From contig OZ365116.1 in NCBI GenBank assembly GCA_977030845.1, positions 14,508,001-14,572,000 on the forward strand: a stretch of 64,000 nucleotides of DNA, read 5' to 3'. The position numbers and the translations under genes were made by a program. Source of the DNA: Fimbriosthenelais zetlandica. Taxonomy: Eukaryota. The notes under the pieces are model-generated. The model had not been told where the DNA came from and made no database searches. It saw only the letters and a list, made by a program, of their open reading frames with translations. Below, in pieces: positions 24,131 to 40,049 of this stretch. The stretch's first letter is position 1. Each line of letters starts with the position of its first letter.

Positions 24131-27100
24131 TCCTGTAGCAATTAGACTTAAAAGTCTTGTCAATAGCAATTTGTCACGCTCAATGTTGATAACACTGTGC
24201 AGAAAGGGGCACGGAGAAGCAGGCTTTTGACCTTCAGCCAAGAGGCCAAGATATAATCTAATCTTGTTTCAACATTATGTTTATGTCCTTATTCAGGCGG
24301 TCAACTTCCTGAGCACGATTCTGGCCAGGTGGATTGGAAAACATTGATTTTAAAATAAGGCAAGATGGATAACTTCCTCAGCAGAGGATGAAGGATGAAG
24401 GATTAGCTGCTACATCCTAAAATGTTTTTGGGTTGCATATTACAAGACCATCCAACAACCCTTTCATTCTCAAGTGCCGTTCACCAGTTGATCAGAGACA
24501 AAGGAAAAGCTTCTCTCATTATATGATGTACCAAATTCATTTTAAAGTGATAATGTTGTAGTCTGGATAAAATTAATTAAACTTCCCACTGACCTTCACG
24601 GCATCTAGTGCAGTGCATTAATAATCGCTACCCCCCAAAAATATTTAATCTTGTCTCTCCAGATTCATCATTATTTATTTTTATGCTGACACAATTTAAT
24701 GAAAATGAATCGGGAAAGATGTGATGCAAATGACTTATGTTTTAGTAGTTCAATCACAAGATTAATGTAATGAATTAGGATAAATAATTCATATGGATAA
24801 CACTACTAATCTCATCACTCACATATTGGTTTTCTTGCCTCAATTGATTTGCTGAAATCTGATGCCAGGCTATTACAGGTTATATAATGAGGCCTTAATG
24901 TCATAGAGTAAACCTGATATCAAGACTACCTAATTGATAAGGACAAGTAAAGATAAGGTAACATCGTTTTTTTTAAATTGTGTATATTACTGCCTCATAA
25001 ATGTTTCATAATACATCTTAATGATTAAGAGATACATGATCAGAGATTCAGGGAATCATTCAATTAATCGCCGGTGGCAGAGAGAAAATCCCAACTACAA
25101 GTGATCAGAAGTGGAAAACTGGCAGCAAGAACAATGAATGTACCTCCAATATTCTAAAGGTAAGAATCTTAAAAGCGAAAGAGATGGATGGAGCCCTGTA
25201 TATCGGGTTATACTTAGGTTAAAAAATAGAAATGAGATTCAGTGAGTTGCTGTACGTGTTGATTTTATCTTACAATATTTCGAAACGACTTGTTGCTCTT
25301 CGGGTAGGAAATGTAAATGTCACAACTATGGACAACCTCATCTGCACATTCATCTCGTGTCTAAGAGCTTCATTGTTCAATTTCAACATCAAACAAACAA
25401 AGACGAAGGGCAAAAATAAAAGTTTCCGAAGTGACTTTCCATAGTTAAGAGCTGACTGTGCGCATACGGGACGTTACATTAAAGCACCTTTTAACGAAAA
25501 GATGAGACAATAAACACCTAATTGACTCATAAAAGTAATGAAACCTTTGAAGAATATTTCCCAGAGCCACCGGCATTCTGAGGGATTAATGCAGGCCTAC
25601 ATTATTTTTACGACAAACATTTTACAAATATTAGCAATTAGGTTATGGTTAATGTTCTATTTGAAACAGGCTGCTGAACATGCTTCCAACAGTGGCAAAA
25701 GCCAGCAAAAGCTGTCTGGAAAAGATGAGATGACCTTTGAGTTAGAGCAAACCTAACCCAGAGATGCAATTTCCCATAGGTCAAGTCTTTTATATAGAAC
25801 TATCCTTCACTGGACCCTAAGTTGATATATCACTGATGTGCTTCCAGATAACCCGAGGCGAACATTTACTAGTCCTGTAACCTTAATTTATCTGATAGGA
25901 CTAGACAAGATTCCAACTCAAGATTCCAACACAAAAAGATCGGTTACACTTGTTTCCACTTACAACTACCCTTGCTGCATATAGAATTGTTTGTTGGCTT
26001 ATATGTGAATATAGTAAACCAAACTGTGCCATCGCAATGTTGACATGCAAACAAATTTCATGCATGCCTGCCTGTACAATACATCTATCATCGATTCCTC
26101 GCACGATTGACAATATTTGAGAATCAGGAGTAGATGGTTTAGTTTGTACAGGTGAATGGACAGTGTTTACTAGCCATACTTTTATCCAGCAGATAATCAT
26201 GTTGGTTCAGACTGGTTATTTTAGGGCTACATCATATCGTATCAATGCCTACAGTCAATGTTTCATATGTGGAATGAAGAGGGAATGTCCTATAAAACCA
26301 TCAACAGAATATCCCTTAGGATATTTTGAAGAAACTTGAAGCTTCCCTGGAAGTGTTATTCATTGCCGCCTACAGTGTAACTATTATTTTTGGAAATTAT
26401 TGGTACGCGAAGGCCCATGAGATTATAGATTGTACTTCAAAGGAATTCTGGAGATATAGGCTAAGTCCAATATCTTTGGCAAAAATTGGAAAATAGAAAG
26501 CAGCGCAAGTAATCACTTTAATAGATAATGTGAGAGCTCCTATATACGTATGGAGATACAGCAAGTAATTGGCAAGTCATACTGATTATTTCATCTACCT
26601 AGTTCTAGAATCAGTAACGTCTATGGGATTGTCCATTTGGCTGTTTTTTCCTGATAACGTAGTTCTTGTTCTGGGCCATGATGAATCTCCCAACTGAGGA
26701 TGAATCCCTTTCATAGAGAATTAGGTGATTGCTTTGACATATTATACATGATGAGTTCATTTGTTTTATGTGGGAGGTCCTATTACTTACTTTCAGCATT
26801 ATACCCTAGCCCTGTTTTAAATACAAGTGGCTACAGCCGACACTGCCGAGTAGAACTGAGAGCATTTCAGGATTTCCCTTTATTTGGTGGAATTTCAAAT
26901 CCTGTACTCGATAAAGAGGGATGCTTTGATTTAATAGGGCAACTTCCGCAAGGATTTGTTCTCTTGACTGCGTAATGGATCATTGATTTTGGTATTAATT
27001 CATCCACAAGCGGATGCCCATAACTATCAGCAATGGTGCATAACTTGCTGTGCTTGGTTTTTGGTATCTAGTGCTTCCATAAATGGCTTCTCTGCCAAAC

Positions 27101-27602
27101 CCACGCTACTTATTGTAGCAACGGGTCTACATAATACATGTAGATGGTATGGTCTCTCCAGGTACCTCATACAGCAACAGGAAAAGCAGGTGTTTATGTA
27201 AGGCCGGAAGTGGTATATGGTGAGACCCCCATGCAGTTAATAAACACTGGGAGGTCGCAATAATATATCGCAGCCTAATGAATAATAAACCTGAATGTAA
27301 GAGGAGCCAAGTGACATAGGCTAAGACTTCTTATGCATGTATACATAATGAAAAACAACTTTTTATATGAATTAATCATAGATACATATGAGAACAGATC
27401 AGAAAAGATTCAGGGACCAAAGGTGATTTGGTGAGTCTGGTTAGGACAAACTCTGTTTGAGATCTGCCCCTGCCATTTCACCTGGAGACCAGGTTAGCCC
27501 TGTTAGTGACCAGAGGAAAGTTATACTCTCAAAACCGACTGGCCAGACTTAAAATAGACACAGTGATCAAATCAAACTCGTTTCCAGCCAACATGATTAA
27601 CA

Positions 27603-27760
27603 CATCCTAATATAAGGTCTCTGAGACATTATATCATCCTAATATAAGGTCTCTGAGACATTATAATTATCATCCTAATATAAGGTCTCTGAGACATTAT
27701 ATCATCCTAATATAAGGCCTCTGAGACCTAATATATCATAATACATGTATAAGGCCTCTG
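27603..27760. repeat. 32-bp minisatellite, 4 copies plus a degenerate fifth
   Basis: The unit CATCCTAATATAAGGTCTCTGAGACATTATAT starts at 27603, 27635, 27671 and 27703. Confidence 0.95.
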
Positions 27761-29623
27761 ACATGACCTGGCTTCAGACACATGTTCTAACCAGTGAACG
27801 ATAATAGGAGCAAAAGGTGGGTATTAACAGGGACTATATCTATAGGAGATACACTGCCATTGTTCCTCAGTAAATGGAACACACACTTTGATCTTAAAAG
27901 GTGCGGTAGCTGTTTTGACATTTTAAAAGTCCACTTCTGAAAGACCAGCACATCTAAGGAGGCTTGAGGAAATTGGGATGAAAGAGGAGACTACAAGAGG
28001 AAGGTGTGAAAAGCAAAGGCTCTTTATAATGAGATTGAATGGGAGTTAGAGAAGCCTTTCCATGCCCTTGCTTTGCAGACCCGTCCATTGGGCCTTGCAT
28101 CCTTGTATTAAGCGTGTCGTTCTTCTCCAAGAGTTCAATCTTCTCTTTTTTCTCTTCATCAACTTGCCCCTGACTCTGTGTTATGTTCTCAGTTACCTGA
28201 TCTTGTTCGTGCTCGCCTTACTTCACACATCCTCCTATACATACAGCCTAACCCCTCACTTTGTTCTCCCCTCACTCTCACCTTCTATGGCATCACCATT
28301 TTTCTTTTTTTTAAAGATTAGCCTGATCAACTTCTCTACATAGATTTTCATGGAGTTAGTTCCAGCTATTTTCTATAAATTGGAATAAAGTTTTTAGTTC
28401 TAATACATTCATTAAATTTTATAAAAAATACTTGTACTTGTACCTTGTTTTTTCAAGATACGTGACTGTCTATCGTTTGACGACTACAGACTAAAGACTG
28501 GATGTCGAAAAATAAAATAAAATAAAGAAATTAAGGAATAATGATTGAGAGTGTAGAATATAAATAATGCAAGCGAAAAGTTAATTGCATGATTATTGAC
28601 TTTCGTTTAGTAATTAGCTAGTCTATCTAATTAATTATCTATCTATAGGCGTTCAAATGACGCCAGGGTTCAGTCTTGTACTGCTGCTGGAAGCTTTTGA
28701 TCATAGACATCAGGATAGAGAGCTGGAAGGAGTTCACTGTTCGCAAGTTCGCACCAGGACTTTAACGCCACATATAAGAAAGAAGGGGCGAAAGAAATGG
28801 TGGTTAAGAAAGATAACGGATTGAAGTGATTAATATCAATTCACAGAGTCTCCAGCGGAAACTTCTAGTCAAGCTGATGGATGATAATCATTCATAAAAA
28901 TTCTGATGATGATTCCTGATTTCAGTGTCACAAGCATAATTCATAAGGATCTAATATCCTTTCATAAGATAACAACGGCCCACGTAAATTCACGCGACAA
29001 TCTTCTCTAACACGTTTGTATTATTTTTATCTGAACACCGCAACACAAGGTCATCTGCATGTACAAAGCCATACAAGGTCATCCGCTATAGATCACGAAA
29101 AATTAATTCTGTTTTAAAACAAGCCCAACATTGAAGGGAGGTTTATAGTCAGGTCAGATTAGCACCCAGGCATGCAAAAGCATCCCTCAGCTTACCATGG
29201 TCCAGCAGATTATCAGACCCTGGAGGACAGCCTAGGCATCAAGATCAATCCGTCCTCAGTCCCTATGGTGAGATCTCACACAGCTTAAAGACTGTATAAG
29301 TCAAAAATGGTTACAAAAAAGGGACAGGCATCAGTAATATTTATGGATATGCCTATATGGGACAGAGAATCCATAAGGTAAGTTGGGGAGAAGATACATA
29401 GTAAATCCATGGACATTTTACTTCAAAAGATGATGGGGGTACACAGGATTGAAGTACATGTTTATCTCTATATGAAGGACTCGTTTCTTACTGATTTTCC
29501 CTTTAAGATGTATGTCCATATCCACTTTTTCTACACTTTTCCACCATGGGTCTTAGTGTAAGAGACTTTGATATATGTATTGATTTAGGACTTTTTTATA
29601 GTGTGTACAAGCCATTTCCTTAC

Positions 29624-29795
29624 TTCGCCTCAGGCAGAAAGTCCAAACATAAGCTCACCAAGGAGCATTTATCGACTACATCCATGTCTACACCCATGGC
29701 TGCCCTCTGGGAACAATGATACCCCACTAACGTCAACGCTTGTCCCAAACATAATCCTTCCGATAGTTGGACATATAGTTTGTGTGATATTTCTT
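29624..29795 (-). other. Candidate internal exon (172 nt) of an unidentified minus-strand transcript
   Basis: Acceptor TTTACTTTCAG| at 29796 and donor AA|GTAAGG at 29623. One frame is open across it, but the peptide is not recognisable. Confidence 0.3.
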
Positions 29796-32700
29796 CTGAA
29801 AGTAAACGCAATGACTTGACTTTTACTACAAAAAATTTAGTAGGAATCATCCCTCAACTATATATCCATGAAGTATGATATTATCCTAGACTGTAGACTC
29901 ATTAAATACAGTTTCTACCGTTGAAATATAAAGAAAATCTTTTTAAACGGTCTTCACAGGAGCAGGTGGCTGTCTTGTCAGGGAACCTTCTGATGATTTA
30001 ATTAAAGGGAAGGACTCATTAGAAGCTGGGAGGCAAAGTATGTAAGGAACTTAAATAGATAGTGATGGATGAGCCCCGTATGTGCAATAGGACAACGGGT
30101 AATGAAGGACGTAAGCTAATATATCTAGATCGCCGATTAATTCCGCCAATTAGCACCTAGTGTCACGTGGAATCACTGTGTCAACGTTTACACTTTCATC
30201 CCAAAGTGGATTCAGCAGAGCTAGCCTTGAGACAATTTAGTCTGAATTTTAATGCAATGATTTTCAATGAGACAAAAACAGTAAGTACCAATATAGTGGC
30301 TTGTGAATGACTGCCTTTTAAGTGATCAAATCAATAGTGCCCCTCAGCTATTAGATAGAGTGGATCTGTGGGGAATTGCACACTTTAATCAGTCTATGGC
30401 TTGAGCTACTGTATTGGACTTTAAATTAAGTCCTCGATTCAATTGGGAAATATTCCAGTAGATGGTTTACTACTTGGTAACTGATGCCTATATAGCCAAG
30501 GCAGGGAAGAGTTTTTAAAGAAATATTTACGGATATAGTTCCATGAATTAATTAATGGATATTTGGATGTAGATCTTTACAAGTACATATTGGGAAGTAT
30601 ATAAAACCTTTAGTTATTTTGATATAAAGGACAAGTTGGACTCATCCACCTTGGGAGTGATGTTGATGAGGAATTACACTATACAGGGATACCTCGGTCC
30701 TAATTGTAATCTATAGCCTGGTCTCACCGGTGCAAGGTTCATCCCTATAGTCTAAATGACAGATATTAGTGGACTATTTCTCCTGCACGTAACCTGGCAT
30801 GGCATGAAGGGGTTAATGGAGGAGGAGTAATGACCACAGGTAATGATTGGTAAGAGGCGAGCAGTCTAGAGAGAACATTTGTCATGGTTGCAGCTCTGCT
30901 AGTATGGCCTCAATGGAACCAAAATACAACCGAACTAAACTGAATCAGCAAATATAATCAAACAACTGTAATTTACCCCCAAAGTCATGCCCAGATAAAA
31001 GAACGTTATTAAGCCTGAGGCCGTTCAGACGTTATATACCGGGTCTTTATACTACATGATCCTCTCAAGCCTTTACTGGTTTTCCTAGGACAAGTCCAAT
31101 TTCCCGAGCATTCAGAGAGTAATGTTAGTGGAAATAGGCTGTGAAGGTTAGCATGACAATTATAATAGACTTTATAGGCAGCTTGGAAGGGTGTTCTTAC
31201 TGGATTAGTTCTCTGCTTTTATGGGAAGTTGGGTGCAGTGGACCATTTTAGCTGATGAAGTAGATGGAAGGAAAAAAAACTTTTTTTTGGTCATTGCCAT
31301 CATGGTGCTGTTGTGCAATAATAATATGCCAAGGACACGATTCCATCATCTCATTATGTTTTTGATAAGTTGTGGACGCAATGTGAGGATTCTCTCATTT
31401 ACATCAATTACAACATCTGGCACTAATACAGCAAATCACAATAAGAGGTCTGAGATTATAGCATGTCACTCACACAAGACATCTAACGGGTACCACTGAA
31501 CCTAGTGCTGCTACAGGGGTAACTTGATGTCAGCGTTGGCTTAGACACATCAGGGAAGATAGATTCAGGGGAGCAATAATGTCCCCAAGAGCGACTTGAA
31601 CATCTTATGTAGAGGTCAAATATCCTGTAGCCTAAAGCTGTCATGGCCAGTCAGGCAAAGGCCTATATTTCTATAGCTGACCAACCACGGCCAAATTTGA
31701 ACAGGAACCATGCCGTGGTCTCCAGATTCCAATTCTATTCAGATTCACAGAAATTGTAAATTGCATTTCATGTCTTTTTTTTCATAGACAAAGGCATGCA
31801 GTGACGGGGTTGCATTCCATTTGGCTTCAGACTTAGATGCTTCACGTGGTATAGCTTTACCCATCCACAATACATGGGGCCAGGGTCATGGAGAAGATAA
31901 TTGAACACACTGCTATTGCTTGACAGGAATAATGTATGTAATGGATGGGACAGTGTGGGATGTGAAGGTCGATTAATGGCATGGGACCTGGTGGGGAGGG
32001 TTCAAGGTTGCTGGCAAAAAATGGATGACAAAGCGCATTATATATATATATAGGTATACTGAGGGTATTTGTATATAATAATTATTAAAGGCATACATCA
32101 CTCCCGCTAGCTTACACATAGGCCTATTGATGCTAATATAAAGAGTAGATTTCACTGATATAAAAGGCTGGTTCCAAATTCTAATTTGATGATACTACAA
32201 AACGAAAGTTATCGAATTCTTTATTTATTACATGTTCGGCCGACCACCGTCTTCTCGGAAAATTGGGGATTATAAAGGGGAAAGTACAATGTTCTGCCCG
32301 CACTGTGAAACTCGTCCCGCTTAAGAGGGTAAAAGGTATTGCTGCTAAATGCCCATGAGACTAATAATACAAGATGGATTTGTTGAAAAAAGATAAGATG
32401 TCCATCTATATTCAAAGAAAGTGAATCAAAGTAAAGTCTACCTGGAGACTTGATCCCCACAGATTCATACTCCACTGGGGAAAGTTAACAAAGGCTACAA
32501 TGAAAACGTGACAGAAAAAAAAAGATTTTGGTCCATTAAGTGGCGATGCATTAGTAAAGTTATGAAGGAAGGACAGGATCCTTACAATGGTCATGAAAGG
32601 CGCCCATTGCAGACTAAATTAGGGCCGTTTTCTTTGAGGACAAAACAAGTCGTTCTGGAGAAAATGTGGGAAAAAGGTATGGAGTTATGCAGGCGTTCAT

Positions 32701-35700
32701 GTCATAGACAATTTGGCAAATTTCCAACAATATCCGACTACACATTATTCTACTGTCGTTATCAAAGCTGAGCATTCCCGTTTCCATAAGTTTTGATTGT
32801 CCTCAAGCAAATTCAAAGGACAAAGGATGATAAGAGAATAAGGATGTTAGCTTGTGCCATAACGAGCCCTGGGTATTTTAGATCTTCATGTTCAACCATT
32901 GATGTCATGGCAAATACCTCCTTCTGGTAGAGCAAAATTCATTTGATTATCAATATTTAAACCAATTATGTATCACTGATGTGCAGTTTCCCCTACAATT
33001 TTGAGTCATTCCAACAATACGTAAGTCATGGTGGATAACAAATTAAGTGAATATAAGTGGCAATGAATTAGGCCTAAGTACCTTTTCTCTAAAGTATTTC
33101 TGCTCTGAAATACAGTTGCTCAGGCAGTCGCAAGGGTGTTACAATACTGGTGAACCAGATGACATGGTGACGAGAATTTTAAAGTGAGTGACACACTTCA
33201 CTACTTAGAAAATGTAGGCGCTTTCTATGAAGGTCATTGATATAAATTGGTAACGTAACATGTTATATTATCATGTTATATAGGGGTGGCCACCAAGTAT
33301 CAGATATCAGAGAATCGGTCTCCTTTTTACAAGAACATAAAAGCGACCAGTATAGCACCGGATGATGCTGACCCCAGGAGCTGCATTGTCCAGTGGTTCC
33401 CCAGGGAACACCACCTGCCTCTCTAAGCACTCAGAATAAGTCAGCAGGTGGGGGTGGGTAGGGGGAGGGGCATGAGAAGGCAATAAAACGGCTCCAACAG
33501 AGGCTTTTACTGATTGCCTCGTGCGTGATAAAATTCTCTTTTCCATTTGGTCATCATTTTCTGTCCAAGTCCAGTATGTACACAACAAAGTGATGGGCAA
33601 ACTTCGAGTACAGAACTGGAAGTGGGCCATTAATTTCCTTAATGTTAATACTACAGATGTTTTCTAGATAATTAACTTGCTAAGTATTCTGTATTTCTTA
33701 ACTAAATGTATAAACAGAATAGTCAAGTCTAGGGCTCATTTCAAATTGGTGTAATGAGTTAAGTAGACGCTGTGATTGTTCTTACTTCATGACTGAATTC
33801 TGGTTACAATAATCCACCGGTTTTAGAAGCAATAGTCAAGGGAAACCACCAAAGCCGTGTACTAAACATGTAAAGCTTGTAAAACACACGATATGATAGA
33901 TTGACCCCGGTATGGTTAACGTTCAGAGGTGTGAGCAGCTCAGACACTGAAGAATAATAATATGCATGCTGGCGATGTCCAAGGTGTCAAAAATATTTAC
34001 CTTAATGGACAACCAGAGACAAGTCTCCCATGCAGAGAATGAGTCCACGACATAACAGGCAAGACATGAACAGACAAAATGGATGTATCATTTTGGATCA
34101 TAGTATAAATCATAATTATTTTCTAAAGATTGAGGGAATATATGTTATGGGAAGGATCGGCACCAAATTGAATTTCATTTTTATTGATCTTGAACTTCTA
34201 GAATTTAGTTGGAAAATATAACAAAATGCAACAATGTGCCTATTCAGGATAAAGTAAAATGGCCTATAACGTAAATATATCGTGTCAACAGCGCACAAAC
34301 CCATAAGTCTGGAAAATATGGGAGCCGAAAGCAATAGGACCATTGAGACACCAGCGAGCTGGATCAAAGGATCGAGCCTCACAGGAGGAGAAAGGGTCAA
34401 ATATTGACGGAGACAGTGGTAATAGAGAGGGAGGGTATTGTGATAGGGTCATAAAGGGTGCCTGATGATGATAGGGTGCTTTATCCTGAGGAGGCAAACT
34501 CCCTCTCAGTGCATGACCAGGGTGTCCAGGACGCTAAATCCACCCAGTGGCCCAATGGAAATGAGATACAAAGGGTTGAGACAATTCTATGTAAAGTATA
34601 GCCAGCACTTGGGATCTGTACCAAGGAAAGTGCAGGATCTCCACTCGATCTCCATTTTGTTATAGGCTACCACGTAGAAAGAAATACATCTAGATGGAAG
34701 CCTAAAAATGGATCTTGACATTTTTAGCACCTCATTTCTCTTTCTCATGTCTCAATATCTGACGTTCAAGTGACAAGGACACACTTAAACATGAAGCAAA
34801 AATATTGCTTGAATATTGTAGTTCCTACAAATGCATGCTTGAAATGTGTTCACTCTCAAGATATGAAGAGTAGATGACATATTGTCCTGCTTCACTTTTA
34901 AATGAGTCAGTTGCAGTTCAGAAATAGACATGCATTGAAGCATACATACACAATCGATACCGTGCCGTGAACACGTCAGATTGCTGTCATGTAGGCAGCC
35001 TGCTGGCAGTAGTAAGTAAGGCACAAACTGACATCTGTTAGGAGATAACGGAAGCTGTTACTCAGAATCTGTCGAGACCCATAAGAACCAGTGGAAGAGA
35101 AGAGGAAGAGAAACTGGCTTGCCTTAATCGTTGGCGCAATAAGGCCTATATTCAGCTAATTGCTGTTTCATTATTCATATGGTTGTTACAAAACATTTAA
35201 TGTGGCAAATTGCTCATAAATATATATTCTTCTTGCTACATCGGAAGTAGCATTATGAAGTGTTGGATTCAGTTTACATTTAAGAAGTGTACATTGGAGC
35301 TTTCATTTGACTTTCGTAAAATTCAAATGTCAATCATAATGAAATCTTCTGCAATCATCTATACCATCAACTTATGTCCCCGGGAGAACAAAATATTCCC
35401 TACGTTAAAAAGAAGCACAATAAGCTGGTTGTATAGCCTGTCACCGAGGAAAAGCACACCTATAAAATATGAGCCCGAATAAACACAAAACTCCCTGGGG
35501 AAACGGGAGGTGGGGTTGATACAGGAACATATATTTCTTTCTGAAATTGTTCTGGGACCAATAAATTAGGTGAGTCTTTATTCCGACGTGCAATACGCAG
35601 CAAAGGATTCTCCAGCCTTTCCAATAAACAATCCAGCATATATATAGATGGACGCGGGAAGCCACACGTTGCAAGCAGGAGGTAAGCAAAAATTCAGAAA

Positions 35701-38700
35701 CAGATGAACCTGTTTTCCTGCACTTCAACCGGAATACAAAATATGACCGGATGTTTAGGACAGCAGACATAGACATAGATAATGTTACAACAGTTCAGAG
35801 AAATGACTGAGCATGATCCTAACACTGATCTGACATTCTCTTACTGTTAACACTATTTCTAGTCAGTAATCCATCTGATAAAAGAAATTTGATGATTACT
35901 TCATTTTTGAGAGCTAAATAAATGTACTTAAAATGGACAGGAAATGTTGCTGTGTTAAACCATCCGCATTTCTGAACAACTAATTGGTCTGGAGTTTGCC
36001 ATTTTGCAACAATTGGCCATTCACAATAATTTCAATGTTAATACTCCTTAAAAATTTTACAATCTGTAATGACGTCCCAAAGGAAGCAATTAGCAACCTG
36101 GTTCCACGAAGTGACGTGAACTTGATCAAAACTTGGTTGGGATGAATTTGACAAGCAGTTTTATCTGATCTATATAAAAAGGACTAAATAGATTAAATGC
36201 ATCCCATGGAAAGGCAACACAACCTAGAAATCTAAAAATTGACGTCAAAGATTATTAATGCATCATTTTGATTTCAGATCCTGCTAATGTCCTGATTTTA
36301 AATTGAAGGCCAGAATAAAACCTCAAAGAACGGTTCATTTACTACCTGTAATCTCACAACGCTTGATGGGGACTCAAGTGGATGCGAATATTTAATTTTA
36401 TTTATTGACTAGATTCACAAGTCACTCCCCATAAAGGAGTTAACATCAAAGTGCATCATCATCAACAGGACACATAATTATAATACACATATCAATGGAA
36501 CAATCTTGTACAAATATGCTTTAAGCATCTTTTTTATAATTATTCGTATGGGATGTTACGTTTGAGCATTTATATTCATTCTTACCAAAGGAGAAATATC
36601 ATTTTTATATAGTCAAATTCTTCAAAGTAACTTCATCTCCGTTAGATTACTCCGAATTATTCAGACTCAAGATTTCCATATTCCCCTCCGTGTATGACAA
36701 TGCTTCAATACAAGAAGCAAATTTTAGGAATCAAGGCAAAGGCAACTAAAGGCAACTTCAAAGGACCATCTATAATAGTGCATTAATGATCGTTGTAGAT
36801 ATATAAAACTGTGTTCTAAAGGCTCTTCCTGTCACCTTCGAAGATCACTGTGCATGCATCAGATTTAAAAATGGTCTGTGAGCCTATAATTTACTAGTTA
36901 CTGAGATGTATAAATATGTTGAATACATGTAATAAAAAAAGATACATAATATGCCACCTGTTATCTGCTAGTTCATAGAGCATAAATTATGTCCCATGAA
37001 AGTGAATTTATGTGAGACATGTAGGCTACTCTCTAGTTCAGTTCACGATACCAAGTTTAGCGTAACATTCAGTAACTCAACTTGTGACCTGGGTTAATTG
37101 ATAGTTTTAATTACTACACCTTTAGTTTTACCTGGGGAAAACTTGATTCTTCATATACTGCATTCACTGATTCAGCGATTCAGCGATATCCCCAGGCGAG
37201 GCATGTAACTGAACGCCCGGAATTCATGAAATTAAGATGAGTGAGACAATACAGCTCCTAACCGACCAATTCAACATGCAGGTGGCCAACAACTTTGATC
37301 AACGCCAACGCAGTCAATCTTCTGGCAATCCAAATATAAAATATTCTCCACACAGAAAAAAGAGCGTGGGTTGCAGAATCACAACAAATTCTTTTGGCCA
37401 AAAAAGGTGTTGGCGAGAAGATGGCGACCAGAAAATGAAAAAACAATTATGAAAAACAAAGAGAGAGAACCAAGACGTCAGAAACTCAGGGTAAACAGAT
37501 GTAGAGAACAGTGGGATGAGATGTGGAAGTGGAGGAGGATATGCTTGAACGGGGGAAAGTACACAACCTCCATGACAGCAACCCATCTATATGTATTGAG
37601 CTGTACCGTGTATCAGTAGCCTAAAACTCATATAATGCACAGTGGATATTGACTATTTAGTCATAGGACACACACAAAATACAATGATAGGATTTAGTAT
37701 TCTGCGGAGAGAGGTGGAGAAGGATCAACATAATTATACAGATATTGATCCTTCTGCCCATGGTTCTCTCAGATATCAAGCCCCTCCTGGCTTCCTTCAC
37801 CAGTGACCTTCTATATGACAGTCGGTGGATCAAATATGGGCTTTTTTAACACATATTAAAACACCTACACACATTCCAACACCTACAAGTCAGACAATGG
37901 AGATTATCTCTAGGCCTAAATAGAATCAGTTACTTTGGGTTTTAATACATGCTGACGTAAATGGATTGCTCGAATCCGACATAAAGTTTTCTCGTGCCAT
38001 CCGATCTTCTCATACATTATAAAGTGGGTTTCCAGGATGTTGACCTCTATTCATATGGACCTTTTCATATTCTGTATATCAGGTGTCCACAATAAAGCTG
38101 ATTGAATTGAATTGAATATTCAATCTCGGAATTATTCAGGTTCAACATTGATTCCTATAGGTGACTAAAAACTTTAAAAAAACATGAACAGACACATCTC
38201 ATTGTTAGCCAGGTGAATATCGAGGTAAAGTAAAAAAATTTGGATGGTGGCTATAAGGACTCGTGGTCATATATATTTAGGCGCGTTTTAGTGAGGGATA
38301 ACAGAGTGACAAAGCCGCAGAGTTCACTTAATCCCACAATAAGCTGAGTGGACAGTGGACAAGGACGGCCACAGCTTTACACCAACTATATAAGAGCTGT
38401 AACTCCTCCGCTGTCAAGCCTTCTATGGCTTGATTGATGAGTGGCCTTGATTTTGCACAATTCGACTCAACCATCCATGTAGTACGGTCAGTTATGGGGA
38501 TAAATGGGGATTTGCTGTTTTCAAACTCGATAAAGCGAATCCACATTACAGGAGCTTGATCTTAATTTAATTAATTAACCGAAAGATAACCTGCACGTGG
38601 AAAAATGGCTATATATCACTGGGAAACTTTTAAATTATGTGTAAACAAGGAACGACCCTTTACATTTTTTAATAATGAACTGATCACAGATGACTGTCTC

Positions 38701-39068
38701 ACGCAAACACAAGTCAGATTTCTTCTGATTTCTTCAGATTTCGTCAGATTTCTTTACGTAAGGAAGTGAGAGAATATATGTCGGACCCTCCTAATTTGCA
38801 CAATCAGAACTAAAGGCAATCCACTGGAATCCTTACAATGGCATACTCATTCAGGGGCTTCTGGCGGCAGTATGAAAGCTATTTCTAGCCTAGAAGCCAT
38901 TGATCCTCCATGTATTTGGAATGTCACTCTTCACAGAAAACGATGCCATATCGTTTATGAAAAAGTACATTCGAGGACAACTATAAATATATGTAAGAAA
39001 TCAACCATGTAATGATGCAACATATAACTACATGTAGAATAACAATCAGTACAAAGGATGTATTTCGT

Positions 39069-39092
39069 AAAAAAAAAAAAAAAAAAAAAAAA
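39069..39092. repeat. Poly-A homopolymer (24 nt)
   Basis: Uninterrupted run of A. Confidence 0.9.
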
Positions 39093-40049
39093 GAATTTAA
39101 TGTGGGGAATGGATAGGGTGTTTAGGATGACAAACGTTCTTCTCAGGGTTCCAACTGTCAAGCCAGGCAGGGCTCCTTTCAGAATTACAGAACGTTTACG
39201 CAACAATTCGCACTTGCCCGTTCGTCTCAATTTGTTAGAATTCCTCCATTTCCAATAATTGATCTTGGCAAGAGCTAATAAACCTAGAGGGGAAGGTCCT
39301 AACTGACTAAATCTACAGGTTTTAATTCTCATCAATTTCCATCATTTTCTCTTAAATCGGTTTTAAATCTTTAAAATCACTGCATTTATATTACCAAGAT
39401 ACCGTCCATCAAACTGAGAAAAATTTTACTGTGCACAGTCATAAAATTTCCTCATTCAAAGAATTGAAAAGAGTATTTGTTAATATCCTTGGGCCGTATC
39501 AATCAGAGAATGTCTGCAGACATAATGAATCCCCCTGTCAATTGTATTTTATAAACTTGTACAAACGACACTTGAGAACTTCAACAGAGTTAAGAACGTC
39601 TGAGTAATCAGACATTAATTTTTGGTATGACATCCATCAGCACAAAACAGGGCAATGACGGAGAGACATTTTCTATATGGGAACATAAACCTGTTTTGGT
39701 ACCTGTTCCATAATGTACAATTTCTATGAAATACAGCCTCCTTGCTTATTGCTCCAAGCTGGAGAGAGAGTATTAATGACAAGGGGTTTAAATGTGGGAG
39801 GCTTTTTCCCATAATGCTCATGATAATGTGACATAGGGGGTGTTGATGGGACTTGGTTACATCTTGGCAGCGCCAATTTACAGCTCCACCCACTTTGGTA
39901 ATTCCTCCACTTTGGAGGGAGACCGGTGCATGGTGGTGGTCCACAACTGGCTGTGGTTCCATCCAGCCAACACGGGTCTATCGATTACAGCACATTCTAC
40001 ATAGCTTTACAGGCTATAGGAGGTGGAGGACTGTCCCTCATTAATCACA

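Noticed and set aside
27603-27760. CRISPR-like array or CArG boxes (CCTAATATAAGG)
   Set aside because: The units are contiguous with no spacers and the context is eukaryotic. The motif has 8 A/T between CC and GG, not 6.
27960-28217. ATG-less ~87-codon E/K/Q-rich open frame on the minus strand
   Set aside because: It has no start, no matching splice sites and no recognisable domain, and is explained by purine-rich low complexity.
37237-37619. Overlapping ORFs resembling a decayed retroelement gag fragment
   Set aside because: There is no intact CCHC knuckle, LTR or RT motif.
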